Assembly (NCBI GenBank): GCA_023269855.1
Contig: JAGDWP010000050.1
Location: forward strand, 8,503 to 72,502
Reading direction: 5' to 3'
Length of the DNA stretch: 64,000 nt
DNA from: Nitrososphaerales archaeon
GTDB lineage: Archaea > Thermoproteota > Nitrososphaeria_A > Caldarchaeales > Wolframiiraptoraceae
The notes beneath the pieces are model-generated. The model did not search any database. It worked only from the letters and a program-made list of their open reading frames with translations, and had not been told where the DNA came from. Shown one piece after another: positions 9,794 through 19,760 of this stretch (position 1 is its first letter; each line of letters starts with the position of its first letter). A program made the position numbers and the translations under genes.

Positions 9794-11319
9794 AGCTTGC
9801 CACTTCGCTTAACATATATCCTCCATGAGGGGGTCATAGTTCTCGGATGAGAAGCCCTGACTTCATCTATTCTACCTACAGCAGTATTGTGGGGGGCGGA
9901 CTTAACTTTTTCAGGCTCATTATATGATTCATTTATTACTTTTGATAAAGATTCGTAAAAGTTATCGAGTTCTCTTTTTGATTCTGACTCTGTAGGCTCT
10001 ATCATAAATGCTTCTTCAACAATTGATGGGAAATATACTGTGGGGGCATGGAAACCATAGTCTAGAAGTCTCTTAGCTACGTCTTTCGCGCTCACACCTG
10101 TCTCTTTGTATAGCCTAGATAAGCTAACGACAAATTCATGTTTTCTAGGCGATTCGGGAGCGAAAGGCAAAGTTACTCCCCTTAGTTTCTTAATTTTATG
10201 AAGTAGATAATTTGAGGCTAGAACGCTTGTCTCAGCAACTCTCCTTAATCCTTCACCACCCATTCTCAACAAATACGCATAAGCCTTAACTAATACGCTG
10301 AAATTTCCATAGAACATCTTTATCTTTCTAACGGCTTTAGGTCTATCATAATCTAGATAGAAGATCCCCTTGGATTCATCGTAATTAATCAATGGTGATG
10401 GAAGATAATCAACAAGCTTCTCAACAACTCCTATTGGACCAGAGCCAGGTCCTCCTCCACCATGAGGAGTGGAGAAAGTTTTATGAAGATTTAAGTGAAC
10501 TATGTCGAACCCCATGTCTCCTGGTCTAACTTTACCGAGTAACGCGTTCAGGTTTGCTCCATCATAATATAGTAAACCATCAACTCCGTGGATTATATCA
10601 ACTATCCTATCTATATTCTTCTCAAAGACGCCTAAAGTATTCGGATTCGTCAACATTATCCCTGCAACTTTTTCATCAACTATTTTCTCTAATTCATCTA
10701 TATCCACACATCCATCTCTATTACTTTTCACGACTTTAACTTCGTAGCCTGCCATAGCTGCACTAGCAGGATTCGTTCCATGAGCTGAGTCTGGAATGAT
10801 CATAACATTCTTACTATGTATTCCTCTATCTTCATGGTATGCTCTAATTATTAAGCAGCCTAAGAATTCACCGTGAGCCCCTGCAGCAGGCTGGAAACTG
10901 AATCTACTCATGCCTGTAACTTCTTTAAGTATCTGCTCAAGCCTCCAATAGATCTCAAGACACCCTTGAATGGTTTCAATAGGTTGGAGTGGATGAGCAT
11001 TAAGTATTTTTTCACTGTATGCTAATTCCTCGTTCATGACAGGATTGTACTTCATTGTACAGCTGCCTAGAGGATACATTCCAGTACTTACAGAGTAATT
11101 CATTTGGCTTAGGCGAGTAAAGTGTCTCACTACTTCAAGCTCGGATAATTCAGGTAGAGATAATTCTTGCCTCTTCAGTTCTCTAGGTATCTCGTTTAAA
11201 GCTTTCTCCAATTCTTTCTGAAGTTCTTCATCCATTTCGGGGAAATCTACTCCTATCGCTCCAGGTCTACTTAGTTCAAATACTGTGGGTTCAGACCATC
11301 TAGCTTGCCTAAAACTCAT
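9790..11319 (-). CDS. gcvPB: glycine dehydrogenase (decarboxylating) subunit 2
   Basis: PLP fold, 509 aa, order T-PB-PA with 4-nt overlaps. Confidence 0.85.
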   Translation of the reverse strand: MSFRQARWSEPTVFELSRPGAIGVDFPEMDEELQKELEKALNEIPRELKRQELSLPELSELEVVRHFTRLSQMNYSVSTGMYPLGSCTMKYNPVMNEELAYSEKILNAHPLQPIETIQGCLEIYWRLEQILKEVTGMSRFSFQPAAGAHGEFLGCLIIRAYHEDRGIHSKNVMIIPDSAHGTNPASAAMAGYEVKVVKSNRDGCVDIDELEKIVDEKVAGIMLTNPNTLGVFEKNIDRIVDIIHGVDGLLYYDGANLNALLGKVRPGDMGFDIVHLNLHKTFSTPHGGGGPGSGPIGVVEKLVDYLPSPLINYDESKGIFYLDYDRPKAVRKIKMFYGNFSVLVKAYAYLLRMGGEGLRRVAETSVLASNYLLHKIKKLRGVTLPFAPESPRKHEFVVSLSRLYKETGVSAKDVAKRLLDYGFHAPTVYFPSIVEEAFMIEPTESESKRELDNFYESLSKVINESYNEPEKVKSAPHNTAVGRIDEVRASHPRTMTPSWRIYVKRSGKL

Positions 11320-12692
11320 TTCTCCACTACCTCCTTTAATGATTCAACATACACGTCTAAATCACTTCTTGAATGAATCTCTGTAACGCATGCTAGGATT
11401 GTTTCAGGTAGATCATTATAGAATCTACCAATGTTTATCCCTGCCAAGATCTTCTTCTTATGCAGTTCTGCTAAGATGTATTCAGCTTTTTTATCCTCTA
11501 CTCTATATGTGAATTCTTTAAAGTGTACAGCTTTAGAGAATGGGATCTGAATATTTTTGATCTTGGATATTCTACTTATTAGATACCATGTTCTAGCCAA
11601 TATCTGTTTTCCCAATTCTACGATGCCATTCTTTCCTAGTAAGCTAAGATATACTGCTACAGCGACTGCACATAATGCTTGGTTAGTACATATGTTACTG
11701 GTAGCTTTTTCTCTCTTAATGTGTTGTTCTCTAGCTTGGAGAATCATGGTGTAGGCTCTCTCACGTCTCAAAGTTTCAGTGAGACCTATCAATCTACCTG
11801 GAAGCTGATGTAATAGTTGACTATCCATCCTGCATCCCATGATACCTAGGAGTGGGCCACCAAAATTCATTGGTAGACCTAGGGGTTGACCTTCACCTAC
11901 CACAATGTCTGCTCCAAGTCTACCTGGAGACTCGAATATTCCTAGAGCTGTAGGATCGACACCGATGATAAATAATGCTCCGTATTCATGGGCTACTTCT
12001 CCGACTTCTCGAATATTTGATGGTATGAAGCCGAGATAAGATGGATATTCAATGTATACTGCTGCAACATCTTTATCCATCTTTTTCTCTAGGTCTTCTA
12101 GATCTACTGATCCATCAATCCTACTCTGAGAATATTCTTGTAGAGTTATATGGGAAGGCTCAGTATAGCTTCTCGCTACTTCCAATCTCTCATATGAAAT
12201 ATAGTGTGGGTAAAGTATTCTATTTCTTCTTGTTACTCTCTTAGCCATTCTAAATGATTCTCCCAGAGCTGTAGCCCAATCATACATAGAGGAGTTGACC
12301 ACCTCAACATCTAATAGTTCAGCCATTAAACTCTGATACTCGAAGAGTGCTTGAAGTATGCCTTGTGAAACTTCAGGTTGATAGGGAGTATATGAAGTTA
12401 ATAATTCACTTCTCTTCAATATTTCTTTAACTACAGATGGAATGAAGTGGGGCCACACTCCACCACCCATAAAGAGCTTAACCTCTCCTAGAACTATATT
12501 CTTTGAGAGTATATTCTTGATAATCTGACTGACTTCGGACTCTGTTAACGGCTTGGAAAACTTAAGCTCTCCACGTATAAATAATTCTTGAGGTATGTCT
12601 TTAAACAGCTCATTTATATCCCTCAAACCCATTTCGGAAAGCATACTTGATATTTCTTCATCTGTTAAGCCTATGAAAGGATGCTTCATCAC
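11316..12692 (-). CDS. gcvPA: glycine dehydrogenase (decarboxylating) subunit 1
   Basis: 458 aa, N-terminal half of split P-protein; adjacent to gcvPB. Confidence 0.85.
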   Translation of the reverse strand: MMKHPFIGLTDEEISSMLSEMGLRDINELFKDIPQELFIRGELKFSKPLTESEVSQIIKNILSKNIVLGEVKLFMGGGVWPHFIPSVVKEILKRSELLTSYTPYQPEVSQGILQALFEYQSLMAELLDVEVVNSSMYDWATALGESFRMAKRVTRRNRILYPHYISYERLEVARSYTEPSHITLQEYSQSRIDGSVDLEDLEKKMDKDVAAVYIEYPSYLGFIPSNIREVGEVAHEYGALFIIGVDPTALGIFESPGRLGADIVVGEGQPLGLPMNFGGPLLGIMGCRMDSQLLHQLPGRLIGLTETLRRERAYTMILQAREQHIKREKATSNICTNQALCAVAVAVYLSLLGKNGIVELGKQILARTWYLISRISKIKNIQIPFSKAVHFKEFTYRVEDKKAEYILAELHKKKILAGINIGRFYNDLPETILACVTEIHSRSDLDVYVESLKEVVEK

Positions 12693-12924
12693 GATGGACC
12701 TCTAATACAATATCAGGACTTCTCAATATAAATAGATAATAATCCTTAAACAAAGTAATACTCTCCCTTCACTGCTTAAATAGTTTAAGCTGTTCTTGGA
12801 GTATTCTGGAAAAATCTTTACAAATAAAACTTCCTATCTATGTAGATGAAATGAATATTACGATGAAAATGAGTATCTTCAGACTTTAAGCTGCCTGCAT
12901 GCTTTCTTCTTTTCACCTTTATGT

Positions 12925-12937
12925 TTTTATTTTATAA
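12925..12937 (+). promoter_or_regulatory. TATA-box-like element (tttttattttataa) for leaderless tpiA transcript
   Basis: A/T TATA-like octamer about 20-25 bp upstream of second in-frame ATG (12955); it overlaps the ORF-track ATG at 12937, which is therefore unlikely to be the start. Confidence 0.35.
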
Positions 12938-13659
12938 TGTTTTATTGTTTAAGTATGCTGAATTTCCCGATAATCGTTTTGAATTTTAAAGCTTATTCTG
13001 AAGCTGTTGGAGAAAAATGTGTTAAGCTGGCTGAGTATGCTGAGGAAGTTTCTAGAGAATATGGGATGAGTATAGTTGTGGCCCCTCCAGTGACCATGTT
13101 AAGCAGGATAGCTAACTCTGTCAGTATCCCAGTCTTTGCACAGCATGTTGACCCACATCTTCCTGGAAGCTGGACAGGTAGCATAACAGTTGAAATGATA
13201 AAAGAAGCTGGAGCAGCAGGCTCACTAATAAATCATTCAGAGAAGAGAATGATACTATCAGATATCTCTATTGTAATTAAGAGACTTAGAGAAGAAAAAT
13301 TAGTTTCTCTACTCTGTACAGATACTGTTGAGACGACTAGAGCTGGAGCAGGCTTGTCTCCAGACATGATAGCTATAGAGCCCCCGGAACTTATAGGTAC
13401 AGGAATACCTGTCTCAAAAGCTAAACCTGAAATCGTTATAGGAGCAGTGGAAGCAGTTAAGAAGATTAATTCTTCAATACATATTCTGTGCGGTGCAGGA
13501 ATTTCCTCCGGTGAAGATGTAGGTAGAGCTATTGAGCTGGGAACAGAAGGGGTACTACTTGCAAGCGGATATGTAAAAGCTAAAGATCCTAGACTAATTC
13601 TTTCATCGATGGCTGAATCCGCTCTAAAAGCATGGGAGAAAACTCAATCTTCTAAGTGA
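12937..13659 (+). CDS. tpiA: triosephosphate isomerase (archaeal type); probable true start at ATG 12955
   Basis: Archaeal TIM pattern '…IVLNFKAY…', 'AIEPPELIGTG', 'GAGISSGEDV'; ~233 aa from second ATG. Confidence 0.85.
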   Translation: MFYCLSMLNFPIIVLNFKAYSEAVGEKCVKLAEYAEEVSREYGMSIVVAPPVTMLSRIANSVSIPVFAQHVDPHLPGSWTGSITVEMIKEAGAAGSLINHSEKRMILSDISIVIKRLREEKLVSLLCTDTVETTRAGAGLSPDMIAIEPPELIGTGIPVSKAKPEIVIGAVEAVKKINSSIHILCGAGISSGEDVGRAIELGTEGVLLASGYVKAKDPRLILSSMAESALKAWEKTQSSK

Positions 13660-14030
13660 ATAGTTATTGATTCTCCTTTTGAATTATATGCATGAATATC
13701 TTTTATGTCATTGTAGGGTGGAGTGAGAATGAGCATTATGCTTCCAATGAAATGATTCAAGTCTTCCAATGAGGGGCGAGGATTTCCAGATGGATGGGAG
13801 TGAGCTAAACCGATTATAGTGAAATCTAATGGGAGAAGGTCGAATCTAAAATATGCTGATGATTCATCGTGTTGTGATAGAGGAGCAAAAAGAATCTCAT
13901 CTATCCTAACAGTGTCCCCCTTCTTTCTACCTCTAAGAAGCATAAGCATCTCTCGAGGATGAGTATTCTGGGCTAACTCAAGCAAGCTATAAGCTACATT
14001 ATTTGGTAAAACAACCTTTCTCAACATCAT
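13644..14030 (-). CDS. JAMM/MPN+ metalloprotease (archaeal JAMM1-like)
   Basis: Exact JAMM motif E…HSHPSGNPRPSLED (HxHx7Sx2D); 128 aa like SAMP-deconjugating JAMM1 proteins. Confidence 0.75.
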   Translation of the reverse strand: MMLRKVVLPNNVAYSLLELAQNTHPREMLMLLRGRKKGDTVRIDEILFAPLSQHDESSAYFRFDLLPLDFTIIGLAHSHPSGNPRPSLEDLNHFIGSIMLILTPPYNDIKDIHAYNSKGESITIHLED

Positions 14031-14244
14031 AAGCTACCTTCATATATTCGAAACTATAAACTATTTCAAATCTATTAAAGATTTAGACTTGTTGATCAAA
14101 AATCTAACCATCTTCCTAGAATCCCAGCATGTAATCTAATCGATGTATACGGTAAAGCCTTCCTGATAGAATATTTCTATAATACTTTGATGAGTGCTTT
14201 TGTCAGGGAAAGATTAATAGCTTGCTATTATCATACAATAGCGA

Positions 14245-15702
14245 TTGAGAAGTATGTCAAGCGAAAGCCAGCAAGCAATAAGTTTGAAGAAGTTTACGAA
14301 TTTTACTGAGTGGTTTGACGAACTACTGCTGAATGCGAGGATCGCTGATAACAGGTTCCCTGTTAAAGGCTTCATAGTCTATCTTGAGAATGGAGCATAC
14401 ATTATAAAGAGGGTTAGGGAAATGCTTGAAGAAAAACTTGAGAAAACAGGGCATAAGCTAATGATGTTCCCCCTTGTAACTACTGAAGAACTCTTCGCAA
14501 AAGAAGTAGAGCATATAAAAGGATTCTCTACCGAAGTCTTTGTTATAGAGCAGAAGAGTGAGAAAGGTGCAGAACGCCGATTAATTATTAGACCGACTTC
14601 TGAAACCATAATGTACCCTATGTTCAAGTTATGGATTAGGAGTCACGCTGACCTCCCCCTCAAAGTCCATCAAAGCGTCAACGTCTACAGATATGAAACG
14701 AAAGCAACTAGAGCATTATATAGAGTCAGAGAGATACCGTGGAATGAAGCTCACACAGCACATGAAACACCAAGCGATGCAGAAAAGCAAGTCAAAGAAG
14801 CTATAGAGATATACAGCCAAGTGCTTAAAGAGCTTGGGATAAGCTTTCTACTCTTGAAGAGACCGGACTTCGACAAGTTTGCAGGAGCAGTCTACTCAAT
14901 AGCTTTCGATAGCTGGAACCCTGATGGAAGAGTTAACCAAGTGGCCACAGTCCACAATCTAGGCAGGAATTTCTCAAAAGCATATGATATAACATTTGAG
15001 AAGAAAGATGGTTCAAGAGGATACGTCTACCAACTATGTTACGGATTTGGATACAGTAGGGTTCTAGCAGCTATAATCGCACAGCATGGAGATGATAGAG
15101 GTCTAGTTCTTCCACCACCTGTAGCACCTACACAGATAGTGATAATCCCAATCCTATTCAAAGGACAAGAGAAAGAAGTAATGGATTATTCAAGAAGCAT
15201 ATTTAATGAGTTAAAAGATAATTGGAGAACAGTACTAGATGATAGAGAGGATATTACTCCTGGAGAAAAATTCTACTATTGGGAGATGATGGGCGTCCCA
15301 GTAAGAGTAGAAATCGGTCCAAAAGAAATACTGGAGGAAAAAGTAACATTAAATCGAAGAGATACTCTTGAGAGAATACAATGTAGCAGATCTAATCTAG
15401 TTGAGGAAGTTAAGAAACTTATGGAGAACTTAATGCAGAACCTACGAGAGAGGAGTGAGAGAATGCTCTACAAACTGATAATCGATGCTACAACATTAGA
15501 AGAAGCAGCGAAGGCCATAGACAATAAGTGTATAGCTAGAGTCGCATGGTGTAGTTCAATAGAATGTGCAGAGAAAATCAAGGAAAAAGCTGGAGGAGAA
15601 ATCAGAGGAGAAAGATACGATATAGCTGAACATCCTGATAGACCTTGCATAGCTTGTGGACAACAAGCAAAGACAATAATATATGTAGCTAGAGCATATT
15701 AA
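14245..15702 (+). CDS. proS: prolyl-tRNA synthetase (archaeal/eukaryotic type)
   Basis: Class II aaRS core, ProRS-like N-terminus, C-terminal Zn-binding 'CIACG'; 485 aa. Confidence 0.8.
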   Translation: MRSMSSESQQAISLKKFTNFTEWFDELLLNARIADNRFPVKGFIVYLENGAYIIKRVREMLEEKLEKTGHKLMMFPLVTTEELFAKEVEHIKGFSTEVFVIEQKSEKGAERRLIIRPTSETIMYPMFKLWIRSHADLPLKVHQSVNVYRYETKATRALYRVREIPWNEAHTAHETPSDAEKQVKEAIEIYSQVLKELGISFLLLKRPDFDKFAGAVYSIAFDSWNPDGRVNQVATVHNLGRNFSKAYDITFEKKDGSRGYVYQLCYGFGYSRVLAAIIAQHGDDRGLVLPPPVAPTQIVIIPILFKGQEKEVMDYSRSIFNELKDNWRTVLDDREDITPGEKFYYWEMMGVPVRVEIGPKEILEEKVTLNRRDTLERIQCSRSNLVEEVKKLMENLMQNLRERSERMLYKLIIDATTLEEAAKAIDNKCIARVAWCSSIECAEKIKEKAGGEIRGERYDIAEHPDRPCIACGQQAKTIIYVARAY

Positions 15703-15855
15703 GCAATCAAATAATATAGATGACGCCATAAAATTTTTGATAATTATTTGAATAATCTTTACTGATTCTCTTGAATCATATCTTCCCGGTTATCATGTTA
15801 CATAGCATCTCTATAGTCATCGATCTTTAAATATTGTTTAATCAATTAGTAAGGC

Positions 15856-16329
15856 ATGAAAGCGTTAAAGATTAAGATAAGCGGGAAGATTCTCAGAACA
15901 GGATATAGATGGTATATTGTAGAGATTGTTAGAGAAACAAACTTAGCAGGATACGTAGAGTTTACACCGGAAGGAGACCTATCGATCCATCTACAAGGTG
16001 AAGAGAACATTATTCAAGAAATCATAGAAAAAATTAGGAACCCTCCTCCACCTACACAAATCAAACAATTCAATGTTGAAGAAGTGAAACCCGACCCTAA
16101 GCTGAAAACATTCACTATTAAATATGGAACGATCGGGGATGAACTGCATGAAGGCTTTGGACCTATCGAATTCGCTTTAGATCACCATCTAGGAGAGATA
16201 GTAAACATTATTGGGGAACTAAAGAAATCAATAGATGAAATAAGTGGAAAAATAGACCAACTATATGATTCCCAAAAGGATTTGATTAAAGCATTGGAGA
16301 AACTATCTGATAAACTGGCTACTCGATAG
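15856..16329 (+). CDS. acylphosphatase-like domain protein with coiled-coil C-terminus
   Basis: N-terminus matches acylphosphatase fold signature (ISGKILRTGYR … LAGYVEFTPEGDLSIHLQGEENIIQEIIEKIRN-PPP); 77 bp upstream of mre11, same strand. Confidence 0.45.
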   Translation: MKALKIKISGKILRTGYRWYIVEIVRETNLAGYVEFTPEGDLSIHLQGEENIIQEIIEKIRNPPPPTQIKQFNVEEVKPDPKLKTFTIKYGTIGDELHEGFGPIEFALDHHLGEIVNIIGELKKSIDEISGKIDQLYDSQKDLIKALEKLSDKLATR

Positions 16330-16405
16330 AATGTAAAATCATGATAATTTAGTGAATATGGTAAGATATCTTTTTAGGTTGAGAATAGGTTATGATTTGT
16401 GAAAG

Positions 16406-17719
16406 ATGCTGAGGTTCGGGGTCTTCAGTGATACTCATATTGGCAGGAATGTTCCTAGGATAGTTGGAGACGCTAGAAGGCAAGCTTTTAGACAAGCATT
16501 TAAGCAGGCCGTAAACATATTCATTGAGGAGAGAGTAGACTACATACTACATGGAGGAGACTTATTTGAAAAGAGAACAATGACACCCGAGGATGTCGCC
16601 TTTGTTAAAGATGAATTTTACAGGCTTGTCCAAGCTTCTAGGGAGAAGTGGGGAAAAGATGTTAAAATATTTATCGTTAGAGGCAATCATGACGGAACGC
16701 CAAGTAGCTGCGTACTAGAATACATAACCCACCCATTAGCGAGCTATCTCCAAATAATCGGTGAAAGCATTAAAGAAGAACTTCAATACTTTATCGATGA
16801 GAAAATCTTAGTTGCCGGGATAGGTTATCACCCATTCATAAAAAGCAGAATAAAAGATCAAGTAGAAAATCTAGCAGAGATATTCAAGTCATCTAATGAT
16901 AAGAAATTAGAAATATTATTGCTACATAATTATGTAGAAAAAATACATGAAATACCCCCATACACTCCAGAACATTCCATAATAGACATTGATGATCTAA
17001 AGAAGATAAATCCTGACATCGTAGTCGTCGGCCACTACCATGAAAGAGGCGATGTCAAATACAAGAATGATATCAAGTTTATTATTCCAGGAGCAACAGA
17101 AGCAGTAGATCTCGGTGAGAAAGGACCATTCGGAGTATATATAATAGAAGTTAAAGAAGGAATAAAGATGAATACTAAATTCATTGAGTTAACACCTTCA
17201 CAGCATATTTCTGTTAGGAAGATAGTTTCTGAGGAAGCTAAGCCGATTCAATGGTTTAAGGAGAGAGTCTTAGATGAAGTCTCCACTTTTATAGACGAGT
17301 TAAATATGAGAAACCTTCCCGGGATTCTAAAGATAAAAGTATCTGGGAAAACCTCAGATACTAAAGCTTTCTTAAGATTGCTGACAGAAGAAGAGATTAG
17401 AAAGATTAGAGAAGAGAATCCTAAACTATTATACTTAGAGGTAGAAGAAGACATCACTCCATTAACTAGAGAAGAATTGAGAGAGGAGACAGTAGTGTCT
17501 AGAGAAGAAATGTTTGAGGAACTGTATAGAGAGATTGGTCGGGAACCAAATGTATTAGAATTAATTGAAGAAACCTCACTAGCATTAGAAGAGAAAGCAA
17601 GTGAGAAAACAGGCCTCCTAAAAGACTCAGATAGATCATCATTCGTTGAAAAATGGTTAAGAATATTATTAGATAAAGCAGGAGAAGAAATGAATGGAAA
17701 TGATCCTTCCCATGCGTGA
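16406..17719 (+). CDS. mre11: DNA double-strand break repair nuclease Mre11
   Basis: Calcineurin-like phosphoesterase motifs DTH, GGDLFE, GNHDG, GHYHERGD; followed by rad50. Confidence 0.8.
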   Translation: MLRFGVFSDTHIGRNVPRIVGDARRQAFRQAFKQAVNIFIEERVDYILHGGDLFEKRTMTPEDVAFVKDEFYRLVQASREKWGKDVKIFIVRGNHDGTPSSCVLEYITHPLASYLQIIGESIKEELQYFIDEKILVAGIGYHPFIKSRIKDQVENLAEIFKSSNDKKLEILLLHNYVEKIHEIPPYTPEHSIIDIDDLKKINPDIVVVGHYHERGDVKYKNDIKFIIPGATEAVDLGEKGPFGVYIIEVKEGIKMNTKFIELTPSQHISVRKIVSEEAKPIQWFKERVLDEVSTFIDELNMRNLPGILKIKVSGKTSDTKAFLRLLTEEEIRKIREENPKLLYLEVEEDITPLTREELREETVVSREEMFEELYREIGREPNVLELIEETSLALEEKASEKTGLLKDSDRSSFVEKWLRILLDKAGEEMNGNDPSHA

Positions 17720-17765
17720 TTTGATTAAACCTTACTTTTTTATTACATGGTATATCTCTTAACAT

Positions 17766-19757
17766 ATGGTAATCAAAATGATTGAAGAAATACGATTGAA
17801 AAATTTTGAAGGATATGAAAACGCAGTAGTTAAATTAACTGAAGGCTTAAATCTGATCACGGGAAGAAACTCGGTCGGTAAGACGGCACTACTAGATAGC
17901 ATAGTGTATGGATTATTCGGAACAACGCCAGGTATCGAGAATAGACTACTCGTATCTTTTAGACCAACAGTTAAAGATGCAGAAATCTACTTAAGATTTA
18001 GAAGTCCAAAAAATAATTCGAGAATCGAAATATATAGAAGACTTGAAATCAGGCAGGGTAGAACATACTCCGCAGGCGTTAGATTTCTAATCGATGGAAA
18101 AGAAACTCAAGTAGAAAACTTAGAAGATTTAAGAAAAAAGATTAGCTCGCTACTTGGCATAGGATATAGATCATTTAATTGGATAGTGTATTCAAGACAG
18201 GGGAAGCTTACAGAGATTCTCGAACCAAGGAAAGAAGAAATTGATACAGTCCTAGGTATAAGTTTACTCCAAGAACTTTCAGAACAACTTGACCAGGCGA
18301 GGAAGAAGCTATCAAGAATAGATGGATTGGACGTTGAGACAGAGTATAGAAATCTAGTGATGTATATTATCCCTTCTGATGAAGAGCGTTTGAGAGAGAT
18401 AGAAGAAGACATAAAGTCGATGTCAACGGAGATCGAGGAGATTAGAAAAGAATTAGAATCAATAGAGTCTCCATCTACTTTAATATTATTCCAAAAGGTT
18501 AAAGAGTTGGAGAAGCAGAAGAGTAGGCTAATCGAAGTCAAGAATACTAAAAGAGACTTCTTATCAAGATACGCAATTGAAAAAATTGATTTAGTTATAC
18601 AAGAAGAAAAAAGATTAAGAGATGAACTAAGAAAGTTAAGTGAAGAGATAGTTGAACTTGAGAAAAGATTAGGTGAGAAGATAAGTGAGAATGCTTCTAT
18701 ATCCGGTAAGATAAGAAATCTCAAGCAACATCTTGAGCAACATCAACAATTAGTAAAAGAAGGCAAAGGTGTCTGCCCTACTTGTGGACAACCAATAAAC
18801 AGCTTAATCCTGTTCGAAGTAATAAGTAAAGAGGAAAACGAGTTAACAGATCTCGAAAAGATCCTTCAGAAGTCAGAAGAAGAAGTTACAGCTTTGAAGA
18901 AGAAGATTGAAGAAAAGAGAAAGTATGAAAGAGATACGAGGGAGAGACGGGAGAGACTTAACGCTCTAATTGAAACTTTTATGAATCTAGAAGAAAGAGA
19001 AAATAGTATTTCAAAATTAATCGGTATACTAGAGGAAGAAATTCAGGCCATGATTAAGTCTCTAGGCATCGATGTAGATGTTAGAGATCCACAACTAATA
19101 GAAAAGATAAGCCGTTTCATCCCATCTCCAGAGATTATTCAATCGAAGAAAAAGAAGCTGGAGGAGCTTACAGAGAAAGCATCTGGTAAGCTTAGAGTCA
19201 AAGAGGAATTGTTGAGAAAGCTTGAAAGAGAAAAATCAAGGCTGAATGAACTACAGAAGAGAGCTAGAGCTATAAGCATTGCTAACAGCTTAAGAGATAA
19301 GATTCTAGATGTTTTAGAAAACCGGAGAGAGAATATCTTGAGAATTTTAGCACATAAAGCACTTGATATATTAAACTCGATAACAGATCAAAAAATCTAT
19401 CATTCAATTATAATAAATCCTCAAACATATTCTGTGAATGTTCATCCATGGGGGTTAGCTGAACCAATTCCTGCGACAAGGATTGGCGGAGGTCATCAAA
19501 CACTGCTCGCCCTAGCTCTTCGACTATCAATACTGCATTTTATCAATTTTAGAGATTTAATAATTCTAGATGAGCCGACATATGGTGTCGACCAAGAAAA
19601 TCTACAATTATTATTGAATTATCTTTCCAGTCTTAGAAGATATGTGAAGCAAGCAATAATAGTTACACATCACGGTTATGGGTTAGAAGATGCGGATAAC
19701 ATAATAACAGTATACAGAGATAGTAATGGGATCTCGAGAATTAAAGAAGAATTCTAG
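17766..19757 (+). CDS. rad50: Rad50 ATPase (short coiled-coil variant, 663 aa)
   Basis: Walker A GRNSVGKT, central zinc hook CPTCGQP, signature-like IGGGHQTLLALA, Walker B LIILDEPT, H-loop VTHH. Confidence 0.8.
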   Translation: MVIKMIEEIRLKNFEGYENAVVKLTEGLNLITGRNSVGKTALLDSIVYGLFGTTPGIENRLLVSFRPTVKDAEIYLRFRSPKNNSRIEIYRRLEIRQGRTYSAGVRFLIDGKETQVENLEDLRKKISSLLGIGYRSFNWIVYSRQGKLTEILEPRKEEIDTVLGISLLQELSEQLDQARKKLSRIDGLDVETEYRNLVMYIIPSDEERLREIEEDIKSMSTEIEEIRKELESIESPSTLILFQKVKELEKQKSRLIEVKNTKRDFLSRYAIEKIDLVIQEEKRLRDELRKLSEEIVELEKRLGEKISENASISGKIRNLKQHLEQHQQLVKEGKGVCPTCGQPINSLILFEVISKEENELTDLEKILQKSEEEVTALKKKIEEKRKYERDTRERRERLNALIETFMNLEERENSISKLIGILEEEIQAMIKSLGIDVDVRDPQLIEKISRFIPSPEIIQSKKKKLEELTEKASGKLRVKEELLRKLEREKSRLNELQKRARAISIANSLRDKILDVLENRRENILRILAHKALDILNSITDQKIYHSIIINPQTYSVNVHPWGLAEPIPATRIGGGHQTLLALALRLSILHFINFRDLIILDEPTYGVDQENLQLLLNYLSSLRRYVKQAIIVTHHGYGLEDADNIITVYRDSNGISRIKEEF

Positions 19758-19760
19758 AAA

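Noticed and set aside
14100-14230. C/D-box-like 'TTGATGAGTG' in the JAMM/proS divergent promoter region
   Set aside because: No downstream CUGA D box at suitable spacing. More likely promoter A/T-rich sequence.
18107-18724. 205-aa antisense ORF within rad50 coiled-coil region
   Set aside because: Low-complexity translation of the reverse strand of a Lys/Glu-rich coiled-coil coding segment.
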